From Candidatus Forterrea multitransposorum CG_2015-17_Forterrea_25_41 (GTDB taxonomy: Archaea > Iainarchaeota > Iainarchaeia > Iainarchaeales > CSSED10-239): a stretch of 64,000 bases of DNA. The notes beneath the pieces were generated by a model. That model did not search any database, was not told the origin of the DNA, and saw only the letters and a list, made by a program, of their open reading frames with translations. Of the stretch, positions 7,962-16,306 are shown piece by piece. Both the position numbers and the translations under genes were made by a program. The DNA is taken from assembly GCA_009392915.1 (NCBI GenBank), contig CP045477.1:1-64000 (forward strand). The letters run 5' to 3'. The stretch's first letter is position 1, and each line of letters opens with the position of its first letter.

Positions 7962-10253
7962 ATGATTAAATCAATATATCTTGAAAATTGGAAAACCCAC
8001 CTTGATTCTAAGCTTTCCTTTCAAAAAGGAACAAACATACTCTTAGGTGTAATTGGTTCTGGAAAATCAAGTGTTGTTGATGCTATTTGTTATGCTTTAT
8101 ATGGTACATTTCCAACACTTTCAAACAGGAAAATAACTTTAGATGAAACTATAATGTTTAAACCTGTACAAAAAGAAAGTTTTAAGGTTATTTTAGAGCT
8201 TGTTCAAGAAAATAAATTATATTTAATAGAAAGAGAAGTATTTTCTGGAAATAAATCAAACTCTGCAAAAGTATATCTTGAAGGAAAGTTATTGGCTGGT
8301 CCTAAAAAAAGTGATGTTGATGAATTTATTTCAAAACTTTTAGGTATTGATTATAATCTTTTTATAAAAGTTGTATATTCTCAACAAAATGAAATTGATT
8401 ATTTTTTAAAAATAGCTCCTTCTAAAAGAAAAGAACAGTTTGATGATCTTTTTGGTATATCTCATTTTGAAAATATTAAAGTTTCAACAAGAGAAATTGA
8501 TAGACTTTTAAATCATGAAATTGATAAAAATGAACTTTTATTAAAACAAATAACTACTCAAATTTCAAATTATAATATAGAAGAACTTTTAGAAAAAGAA
8601 AAAGAAATAGCTGAAAAAATAACTTCTCTTGAAAAAGAAATTTTAGAAAAAGAAGTAAAAACTTTTTCTTTAAGTAAAGTAATTTCTGAAAAGAAGCTAG
8701 TTAAAGAAAAGCATGAATCCTTAACTTCTCAAATATCTTTATTTTCGTCCAGGCTTGAAGACTTTAATAAAGAATATACCTCTCTTTTAGAAAAAACTAA
8801 TCTTTCTTCTAAAGAAGAACTTGATCTCTTTGAAAAAGAGGTTTTTAAGAAAGAAAAATTCTTTAAAGAAAAACAAAATAAAAACAAAGAAACTGAGATT
8901 TTAAAAAAATCTTTAGATAACAAAATTTCTTTTTATGAAAATAATATTTTTCAAAACCAAGAAAGGATAAAAGAGCTTCTTTTAAAAATAGAAAAAGAAG
9001 AATTAACTATTCCTTTAATAGAGGAAAAGAAAAAATATCTTTTAGAAGAAATTGATTCTCTTAATATTTTAAAAATATCTTTACTTTCAAAACAAAAAGA
9101 TTTAGAAAAATCTTTTTATGAAATTTCTAAAGGCTTTTCAAACTGTCCTGTCTGTCAAACCCCTTTTACTGCAGATAAATTAACTGAAACTAAAGAGCAT
9201 ATAGATAAAGAGCTTTCAAGTCTATCTTTAAACCTAAAGGATTATTTAGAAAAAATAAAAGAAAAAGAAGATTTATTAAATCTGTTAAAAATAAAAGAAA
9301 AAACTTTAGAAAGAAATTTCTTAATTGAAAAACAAATTGAACAATTAAACAAAATAATTCTAGAAAATACTTATTTAAAAGAAAATGCCTTAACTGAAAT
9401 TAATTCTTTAGAAAAAATAGATGACTTGTCTGCTTTAGAAAAAGAAATTTTAAAAATAAAAGAGAGTCTTTCTCTTAAAAAAGAACTTTTAAAAATATCT
9501 GAAAAAATAAAAGAATACACCGAAAAAACAAAATTACAAAAAGAAGAGCTTTCAAAAATAAATTTTTCTCAAGAAGAATATCTAAATCTTTTAACAGATT
9601 ATAAAGGCTTAGAAAATAATTTCCTGCAAATAAAAGAATCCTTAACAAACTATAAATCCTTAAAAGAAAATTTAAAAAAACAATTAGAAAACCTAACCTC
9701 TCTTTCAAAACAAAAAGAAGAAGTAAGCCTTTCTTTTACAAAAATAAATAATAAAAAACAAGATCTTTCTTATTTTTTAAAAGCAATTGATAATAGCCAA
9801 CTACAGTTAAGAAAAGTTTTAATAGATAACATAAATCAAGCTCTTTCAATCATCTGGCCAAAAGTATATCCTTACAAAGATTATTTATCAGCAAGATTAA
9901 ATGCAGATAATGATTATATCTTAGAGGTCTTAACTTTAAAAAATAACTGGATAAGGGTTGAAGGTTTATTAAGTGGAGGAGAGAGGGCTTGTGCTTCACT
10001 TTCCATAAGGATTGCAATTTCTTTGATTCTTACAAAGAAATTAGGCCTTTTAATTCTTGATGAACCAACACATAATTTAGATGAAAAATCAATAGAGGCT
10101 TTATCAAATGTCTTAGAGGAAGAGCTTCCTGATCTTGTTGAGCAAATATTTATTGTGACTCATGATAATAAGCTTCTTGAAACAGTAAATGCAACTAAGT
10201 TTATAATAGAGAGAGATAAAGAAAACGATTCTGCTTCAAGAGTTAATTTTTAA
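7962..10253 (+). CDS. rad50: DNA double-strand break repair ATPase Rad50
   Basis: Walker A GVIGSGKSS, long coiled coils, zinc hook CPVCQ, signature LSGGE, Walker B LLILDEPT, H-loop VTHD. The ATG at 7962 is preferred over the upstream TTG of the ORF track. Confidence 0.9.
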   Translation: MIKSIYLENWKTHLDSKLSFQKGTNILLGVIGSGKSSVVDAICYALYGTFPTLSNRKITLDETIMFKPVQKESFKVILELVQENKLYLIEREVFSGNKSNSAKVYLEGKLLAGPKKSDVDEFISKLLGIDYNLFIKVVYSQQNEIDYFLKIAPSKRKEQFDDLFGISHFENIKVSTREIDRLLNHEIDKNELLLKQITTQISNYNIEELLEKEKEIAEKITSLEKEILEKEVKTFSLSKVISEKKLVKEKHESLTSQISLFSSRLEDFNKEYTSLLEKTNLSSKEELDLFEKEVFKKEKFFKEKQNKNKETEILKKSLDNKISFYENNIFQNQERIKELLLKIEKEELTIPLIEEKKKYLLEEIDSLNILKISLLSKQKDLEKSFYEISKGFSNCPVCQTPFTADKLTETKEHIDKELSSLSLNLKDYLEKIKEKEDLLNLLKIKEKTLERNFLIEKQIEQLNKIILENTYLKENALTEINSLEKIDDLSALEKEILKIKESLSLKKELLKISEKIKEYTEKTKLQKEELSKINFSQEEYLNLLTDYKGLENNFLQIKESLTNYKSLKENLKKQLENLTSLSKQKEEVSLSFTKINNKKQDLSYFLKAIDNSQLQLRKVLIDNINQALSIIWPKVYPYKDYLSARLNADNDYILEVLTLKNNWIRVEGLLSGGERACASLSIRIAISLILTKKLGLLILDEPTHNLDEKSIEALSNVLEEELPDLVEQIFIVTHDNKLLETVNATKFIIERDKENDSASRVNF

Positions 10254-10306
10254 ACTTTTTATTAAAAATAACCTTGTTTTTAAACATTTTTATCTATATA
10301 TTATTT

Positions 10307-11557
10307 ATGTCTTATATCCCTGATTTTCATAAGATTAAATACTTTACAGAAAAGTTTAAAGAATACTATCAAAATAATTATATCTCTTGTATATTGGATG
10401 TTTCAAAAAGAGAGTTTGGAATTGGTACTATACAATCTAAAATAAGTCAAAGACATTTATCTTTTGTATCTTTAGAAGATTTTAATAATTATTTAAGAAT
10501 TACTCCTCCTTTTTATGTTTCTTATTCAACAAGTTATTTTAAATATCCAGATAGAAGACCAATGGATAATAAAATATGGGAAGGTTCAGACATTGTTTAT
10601 GAGTTTGATTCAGATGATTATGATCTACCATGCCATGATAGACATAATACTTGGCAATGTACAAGTGAAGAATGTAATGAATGGGGTTATGGAAATTTAA
10701 CAGAATGCCCTAAATGTTTTTCAAAAACAAAGATTACAGAATGGACTTGTGATGAATGTTTAGGAAAAGCAAAAGAAGATACCTTAAGATTAGTTGATTT
10801 TTTAGAAAAAGAATTTAAATTAAATCCAGCAAGCTTTATTATTAGTTTTTCAGGTGCTAAAGGGTATCATGTAAGAATAACTGATAGAACAATAATTTCT
10901 TTATCTAAACCTGCAAGACTACAGATGATGAACTATATTTTAGCAAATGATTTAGAGCTTGAAAAATTAGGTTTTATAAAACAGAAAAAACTTTGGAAAA
11001 TACCACCTATAAAAGAAGCAGCTGGATGGTCTAAAAAGATTTTACATGGAATAATTGATATTTTTTCTTATGATGAAAAAAAGCTTATTAATTTATTTGG
11101 ACTTTCTCCAAAAAAAGCAAAACTTTTAAAGGATACAAAAGAAGATATTTTAAATAAGATGTATCATAATAATATATTAGTTGCTGATTTTTCTTCAAGT
11201 GATAAATTCTTTGAAGATGTTATAAATCATGTAATAAACAAGACTAGACTTAAAATAGACCCTCAATCATCTTCAGATATTTTTAAGATAATGAGGGTTC
11301 CAGATACTATTCATGGTGGTACTGGTTTTTTATCAACATATATTAAGACAAAAGAAGATTTAATTAATTTTGATCCTTTCAAAGATCCTGTTGTTTTAGG
11401 TACTATGGATCTAAAAAAAATAAAATTATTAAAACCAACACCTAAATTTAGAATAATTGACCAATATTATGGTCCTTATAATAAAGATGAGGTTTTAAAA
11501 CTTCCAGAAAAAGTATCAATGTTTTTAGTTCTTAAAGGGGTGGCAAATTTTGAGTGA
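10307..11557 (+). CDS. priS: DNA primase small (catalytic) subunit PriS
   Basis: Catalytic EFDSDD, GAKGYHVRI and RVPDTIHGGTG motifs, plus a Cys/His-rich zinc region. The ATG at 10307 is preferred. Confidence 0.85.
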   Translation: MSYIPDFHKIKYFTEKFKEYYQNNYISCILDVSKREFGIGTIQSKISQRHLSFVSLEDFNNYLRITPPFYVSYSTSYFKYPDRRPMDNKIWEGSDIVYEFDSDDYDLPCHDRHNTWQCTSEECNEWGYGNLTECPKCFSKTKITEWTCDECLGKAKEDTLRLVDFLEKEFKLNPASFIISFSGAKGYHVRITDRTIISLSKPARLQMMNYILANDLELEKLGFIKQKKLWKIPPIKEAAGWSKKILHGIIDIFSYDEKKLINLFGLSPKKAKLLKDTKEDILNKMYHNNILVADFSSSDKFFEDVINHVINKTRLKIDPQSSSDIFKIMRVPDTIHGGTGFLSTYIKTKEDLINFDPFKDPVVLGTMDLKKIKLLKPTPKFRIIDQYYGPYNKDEVLKLPEKVSMFLVLKGVANFE

Positions 11558-12116
11558 AGATTATAGTTTAGATTACGATGAATTAAGAAAAATTTATAGA
11601 CTTGAAACAAAGTCTCCCAAACTTACAAAATTAAATACTGATTTTTATAAGGAACTTAAAAAATTTCTTTCAGATGAAAGAAAAAAATATACTTCAGAGA
11701 TTGAAGAGTCTTTTTCTCATGCCACTATAAAAAAGTTTGAAACTTTAAAAAAAATGGTTGAAAAAATAAGAGAAATAAGAATGAAAAAATGTCTTAACCT
11801 TTGTTTAATGTATAGTAGAACAAATGATTTTGAAGAAGAAGGTTTAATTGATTTTGAAATTGATTTTGCAAAAGGTGTGATTAAATTAATTGATAAACAA
11901 ACAGAATTTTCACAAAATGTTTTTGGACTTTCTAAAAAAGCTAAAAAAATTGAAAATCAAAATCTTTGTAAAGTAAAATTTTTAGAGGAAGTTCCAACAT
12001 TTATTGGTGCTGATTTAAAGGAGTATGGTCCTTTTGAAAAAGAACAGGTTTGTGAGATTCCTGAAGATATGATTAAAATATTAGAATCAAAAAATCTTAT
12101 TAAAAAAATAGATTAA
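11550..12116 (+). CDS. probable GINS subunit (Gins51/Sld5-like)
   Basis: N-terminal pattern YDELRKIYRLE...LTKLNTDFYKELKKFL. Overlaps the priS stop codon, and priS-gins linkage is common in archaea. TTG start. Confidence 0.5.
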   Translation: MSEDYSLDYDELRKIYRLETKSPKLTKLNTDFYKELKKFLSDERKKYTSEIEESFSHATIKKFETLKKMVEKIREIRMKKCLNLCLMYSRTNDFEEEGLIDFEIDFAKGVIKLIDKQTEFSQNVFGLSKKAKKIENQNLCKVKFLEEVPTFIGADLKEYGPFEKEQVCEIPEDMIKILESKNLIKKID

Positions 12117-12132
12117 AAAGAGTTGATAATTA

Positions 12133-12897
12133 ATGGTTGATTTTCCAAATATAAACGATGTGGTAATTTGTAAAGTTACAAAAATAGCTGATTTTGGTGT
12201 TTTTGCAGAGCTTTTAGAGTATGATAATATGGAAGGGTTTGTGCATATTTCACAAATATCTTCTACATGGATAAAAAATATTCATAACCATGTAAAACAA
12301 AATCAAATAAGAGCTGCAAAAGTTTTAAAAGTTGATGAAGAAAAAAAACATATTGATATTTCTTTTAGTAGGATCACAGCTGCAGATGAAAAAAGAAAAA
12401 TTTCTGAATATAGATTATTTTTAAGATCTCAAAGTCTTTTGGGTGTAATTGCTCAAGAAATTGGTGAGTCTCAAGAAAAAATTTGGGAAGAAGTTGCAGA
12501 TCCAATTATTGAAGAAGAAAATTCTCTTTATAAAGGATTTTTAAATATCTTAAAACATGGTGGAGATTATTATTCTCAAATTGATCCTAAATATCATAAA
12601 GTTTTATTTGAAATTTTAGATAAAAATATTACTTTGAAAGATAAAGATATTTTAGGAATTATGACAATTACTTCAAGTAATTCAAATGGTTTTGAAAATA
12701 TTAAAAAAGTACTTTCTGAAGTTACTGAAAAATATCCTGACTGTAGAATAATTTATTTAGGTCCTGGAAAATATGAACTTAAAGTAACTTCTAAAGAATT
12801 TAAAACTTCTGCAAAAAAATTTGATTTAATTGTAGATGAAATTTCTAAAGGATTAAAGAAACATGCTTCTTTTGAAGTTGTTAAAAAAGATTCTTAA
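12133..12897 (+). CDS. eif2a: translation initiation factor aIF2 alpha subunit
   Basis: N-terminal S1 domain VICKVTKIADFGVFAELLEY...EGFVHISQIS; size 254 aa. Confidence 0.85.
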   Translation: MVDFPNINDVVICKVTKIADFGVFAELLEYDNMEGFVHISQISSTWIKNIHNHVKQNQIRAAKVLKVDEEKKHIDISFSRITAADEKRKISEYRLFLRSQSLLGVIAQEIGESQEKIWEEVADPIIEEENSLYKGFLNILKHGGDYYSQIDPKYHKVLFEILDKNITLKDKDILGIMTITSSNSNGFENIKKVLSEVTEKYPDCRIIYLGPGKYELKVTSKEFKTSAKKFDLIVDEISKGLKKHASFEVVKKDS

Positions 12898-12923
12898 ATA
12901 TTTATATAAAGGTGAGTTGTAAT

Positions 12924-13730
12924 ATGGTTACAGAAATAAAATTAATTAAAAACATAAAAACTTTAAAAAACCCAGTTCTTTTTGTAGGACTTCCTGGAAT
13001 TGGTTTAGTTGGAAAAATATCTGTTGATTATTTAATTAAAGAATTATCTCCAAAACCAACATTGATTGGAAAAATATTTTCTGATTCATTTCCTCCTGCA
13101 GTTCACGAAAAGAATTCTGTTTTAGAGCTTATTTATGATGAAATTTATTTATATAAAACAAAAACAAAAGATTTTTTATTTATAGCAGGCCCTGTACAAC
13201 CTCCTTTAACAAACACAATTAATAGTGATCAACATTATGAATTTTCAGAAAAAATTGCTTTATTTGCAAAAAAACATAAAATTAAGGAAATATATACTTT
13301 TGCAGGTCTTAATATAGGTGATAAAAGAATAACTTCTAAACCAAAAGTAATTTGTGTTTCTACAGACTTAAAAACTAAAGAAAATATTTTAAAAAAGAAA
13401 ATATCAAATCTTCATTTTCAAGATAAAGGACAAGATGCTTTAATCTCTGGAGTTGCAGGTTTACTTTTAGGTATTTCTTTTGAATCTTATAAAATCCCAG
13501 GTGCTTGTTTAATGGGTGAGACAAATAGTAAATTAACTTATGGAGATCCTTCTTCTGCAAAACAACTTTTAGAAGTAGTTGATTCTTTATTTAAATTAAA
13601 AATTAATTTGAAAAAAATAGATGAGAGTGCAAAAAAGATTGAAAAATCATTTAGTGAAATTTCAAAAAATTTAGAACAAATTTCTCAAAAACAAGAAGGT
13701 CCTTCAACTCAATCTAATTATATAAGATAA
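12924..13730 (+). CDS. PAC2-family proteasome assembly chaperone-like protein
   Basis: FVGLPGIGLVGKISVDYLI motif typical of archaeal PAC2 family proteins. Confidence 0.65.
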   Translation: MVTEIKLIKNIKTLKNPVLFVGLPGIGLVGKISVDYLIKELSPKPTLIGKIFSDSFPPAVHEKNSVLELIYDEIYLYKTKTKDFLFIAGPVQPPLTNTINSDQHYEFSEKIALFAKKHKIKEIYTFAGLNIGDKRITSKPKVICVSTDLKTKENILKKKISNLHFQDKGQDALISGVAGLLLGISFESYKIPGACLMGETNSKLTYGDPSSAKQLLEVVDSLFKLKINLKKIDESAKKIEKSFSEISKNLEQISQKQEGPSTQSNYIR

Positions 13731-13751
13731 TTTTTTTGGTGAAAAATAAAT

Positions 13752-15299
13752 ATGGTCTTTAAAGAAAATGAACTTGGAATTGTTGTTTCAACAATGGATT
13801 CACCTTCAACTTCAAAGATCACTTTTGTTTGTACCAAAAAAGTTTATAAAGGACAGTATGTTCAAATAGAATACTCTCAAGGTAGTTTAATTGGGCTTGT
13901 AACAGATGTATCTTCTCAGAATAGATATTTTGAAAATAATGAATCTGTAAAAGAATTTGAAAGTTCTGATTATAATATCAATGATCAATTTCCAACTAGT
14001 GATTGGGAATTTTTAATTGCAAATATAAAGCCTTTAGGGGTTCTTTCAAAAGAAAATTTTTTTGTAAGATCTACTCTTCCAGTATCTCCTGGTTCAAAAG
14101 TTTTAATTTGTGAAAAAGAAGTTTTATTTAAATTTCTTCATTTAAAAAAGAATGGACTTAATCTTGGACAAATTGAATTTCCTACTCTTCCTGTTACTTT
14201 TTGTATGGATAGACTTTTACAAAAACATTTAGCAATTTTAGCACAGTCTGGGGCAGGAAAAAGTTATTTAACCTCTGTTGTTTTAGAAGAACTTTTAGAC
14301 AGAACTAAAGAAGAAGGGCAAGTTGCAATTTTATTATTTGATGTTCATGGAGAGTATTCTCATTTTTCACACCCTATAAAAGATTCTTCTCAACATAAAG
14401 ATTATTCTTCAAAGACAATAAAGATTAATTCTTTTGAAATAAAGATTGGAGTTTCTACTCTTTCTTTAAATTTCTTTTCATCTCTTTTACCTTCTTTAAG
14501 TTCTGCACAAAAACGTGAACTTGGAAGTGTTTTAAAAAAATTAAATGAAGATAAAAAAAATGGTTTAGGTCCTTTTGATCTAAAAGACATTATTAAAGAA
14601 ATTGAAAGACAAGAAGTTAAAGAAAATGTTTCAAAACCTTTAATTAATGCTTTAGGTGAACTTTTAGATTATCATCTTTTTGCAAAAATAGATTCACCTT
14701 CAATTTTTGATATTGTAAAACCTGGAAAATTAACCATTATTGATTTATCTAGAGAGATAAATCTTAAAAAGAAACAATTAATACTTTATTATTTTGCACA
14801 TAAACTTTTTTACTCAAGAACAAATCCTTCTTTAAATGTACCTCCATTCCTTTTAGTTGTTGAAGAAGCCCATCAATTTGCTCCAGAAAGTGCAAGTAAA
14901 GATAGAGCTATGGCAAAATCAATTTTAGAAACTATTGCAAGAGAAGGTAGAAAGTTTGGATCTTGTCTTTGTTTAATTTCTCAAAGACCTGTAAAATTAT
15001 CTACCACTGTGCTTTCACAGGCAAACACACATATAATTTTAAGAATAACTAATCCTTATGACTTAAAACATATAGGAGAATCATCTGAAGGACTTGATTC
15101 TAAATCAGTAGAAATGATAACTTCTTTAAGAGTTGGAGAGGCTTTAGTTGTTGGTGAAGCTTCATCTTATCCTGTGTTTTTTAAAGTTAGAAAAAAATAT
15201 TCTCAAGATTCTCATTTAGATGTTTCTCTTTCAGGGCTTGCTAAAAATTATTTAAAAAATACTTCTAATCAAGAGAAAGATATTGAAGGCTTTTTATAG
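13752..15299 (+). CDS. herA: HerA-like (DUF87) hexameric ATPase/helicase
   Basis: Walker A AQSGAGKSY, Walker B LLVVEEAHQF, ISQRP motif, N-terminal barrel-like region. Confidence 0.8.
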   Translation: MVFKENELGIVVSTMDSPSTSKITFVCTKKVYKGQYVQIEYSQGSLIGLVTDVSSQNRYFENNESVKEFESSDYNINDQFPTSDWEFLIANIKPLGVLSKENFFVRSTLPVSPGSKVLICEKEVLFKFLHLKKNGLNLGQIEFPTLPVTFCMDRLLQKHLAILAQSGAGKSYLTSVVLEELLDRTKEEGQVAILLFDVHGEYSHFSHPIKDSSQHKDYSSKTIKINSFEIKIGVSTLSLNFFSSLLPSLSSAQKRELGSVLKKLNEDKKNGLGPFDLKDIIKEIERQEVKENVSKPLINALGELLDYHLFAKIDSPSIFDIVKPGKLTIIDLSREINLKKKQLILYYFAHKLFYSRTNPSLNVPPFLLVVEEAHQFAPESASKDRAMAKSILETIAREGRKFGSCLCLISQRPVKLSTTVLSQANTHIILRITNPYDLKHIGESSEGLDSKSVEMITSLRVGEALVVGEASSYPVFFKVRKKYSQDSHLDVSLSGLAKNYLKNTSNQEKDIEGFL

Positions 15300-15307
15300 C
15301 AAAGATG

Positions 15308-15319
15308 TTTTTATATATC
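15308..15319 (+). promoter_or_regulatory. TATA-box-like element upstream of a probably leaderless gene
   Basis: TTTTTATATATC is centred about 29 bp upstream of the ATG at 15342, with no SD-like sequence between them. Confidence 0.3.
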
Positions 15320-15341
15320 TTATGATATAATATTATATAGT

Positions 15342-15809
15342 ATGTACAAAGTATCGTGGACAGAGTTTGAAAGTCTAGCAATTGATCTTACTAAAAAGAT
15401 TAAATCTTCAAATAAAAACTTTTCATTTATAGTTGGGGTTAGTAGAGGTGGTCTTTTACTTTCAAGATTATTATCTTCAACTTTAGATTTACCTATGGGT
15501 GTAATTGCAGCAAAACATGTAGATGGAATTTATCATGTTGATAATTATATATCAACAATATATGATGTTGAAGGGGATATTCTTTTAGTTGATGATGTTA
15601 TGGATCAAGCTTCTGTTAATGTAATTTCAAAAATAAATAAAAATTATAAAAATATAAATTCTATAACTTCAGCATGTGTTTTTTATAAAGGTACAGAAAA
15701 AAGTTTTAAACCTGATTTTTATACAAGTAAAGTTGATGATTTTATAACCATTGTTTTTCCTTATCAAGAAAAATCAATTTTGAAAAATTTAGAAAACTGT
15801 GAGGATTAA
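15342..15809 (+). CDS. phosphoribosyltransferase family protein (purine PRTase-like)
   Basis: PRPP-binding-like ILLVDDVMDQAS; 155 aa. Confidence 0.6.
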   Translation: MYKVSWTEFESLAIDLTKKIKSSNKNFSFIVGVSRGGLLLSRLLSSTLDLPMGVIAAKHVDGIYHVDNYISTIYDVEGDILLVDDVMDQASVNVISKINKNYKNINSITSACVFYKGTEKSFKPDFYTSKVDDFITIVFPYQEKSILKNLENCED

Positions 15810-15817
15810 GATTAATT

Positions 15818-16279
15818 ATGAAAAAAAAAATGTCTAATAAACAAAATTTAATAATAGCTTTATTAATTATTTTAATAATTTTAGTAATATTTTTTATTGT
15901 TATATTTTCTGCAAATATTTTATATAGTAATATAAAAGAAAATAATTTAGATAATATAGATTATAATTTAACAATTTCAAAAGTAGATTTTAATTCTGAT
16001 AGGTTAGTAAATGTAGAAAATGATGTGAATTTGTCAGAATTAAATGAATTTACTTTACCAGAAAGTAAGCTTATTAATGAATATTTAATCACAAGTATAA
16101 ATATTTCTGATTTAAGAAATAAATATTCTTTTTTATTTGATGAAGCCTTAGTTTCTTCTTATGGTTATCTTCAAACAGAAAAAGGAGATTATATTTTAGA
16201 ATATAAAGATTATATTTTAGTTTTTAATAAAGATGAAAATCAAACAAAAAGTATCTGGATGATTGAATATTTAGAATAA
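15818..16279 (+). CDS. N-terminally membrane-anchored hypothetical protein
   Basis: One TM helix (LIIALLIILIILVIFFIVIF). No recognisable motifs. Confidence 0.4.
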   Translation: MKKKMSNKQNLIIALLIILIILVIFFIVIFSANILYSNIKENNLDNIDYNLTISKVDFNSDRLVNVENDVNLSELNEFTLPESKLINEYLITSINISDLRNKYSFLFDEALVSSYGYLQTEKGDYILEYKDYILVFNKDENQTKSIWMIEYLE

Positions 16280-16306
16280 TTTTAAATTTTAAAAAATGTG
16301 TTTTTT

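Noticed and set aside
10307-11557. A PriS-PriL fusion, as reported for some reduced archaea.
   Set aside because: The C-terminal region lacks the four-Cys Fe-S cluster signature of the PriL C-terminal domain. The extra Cys residues cluster in the PriS zinc region, so it is called PriS only.
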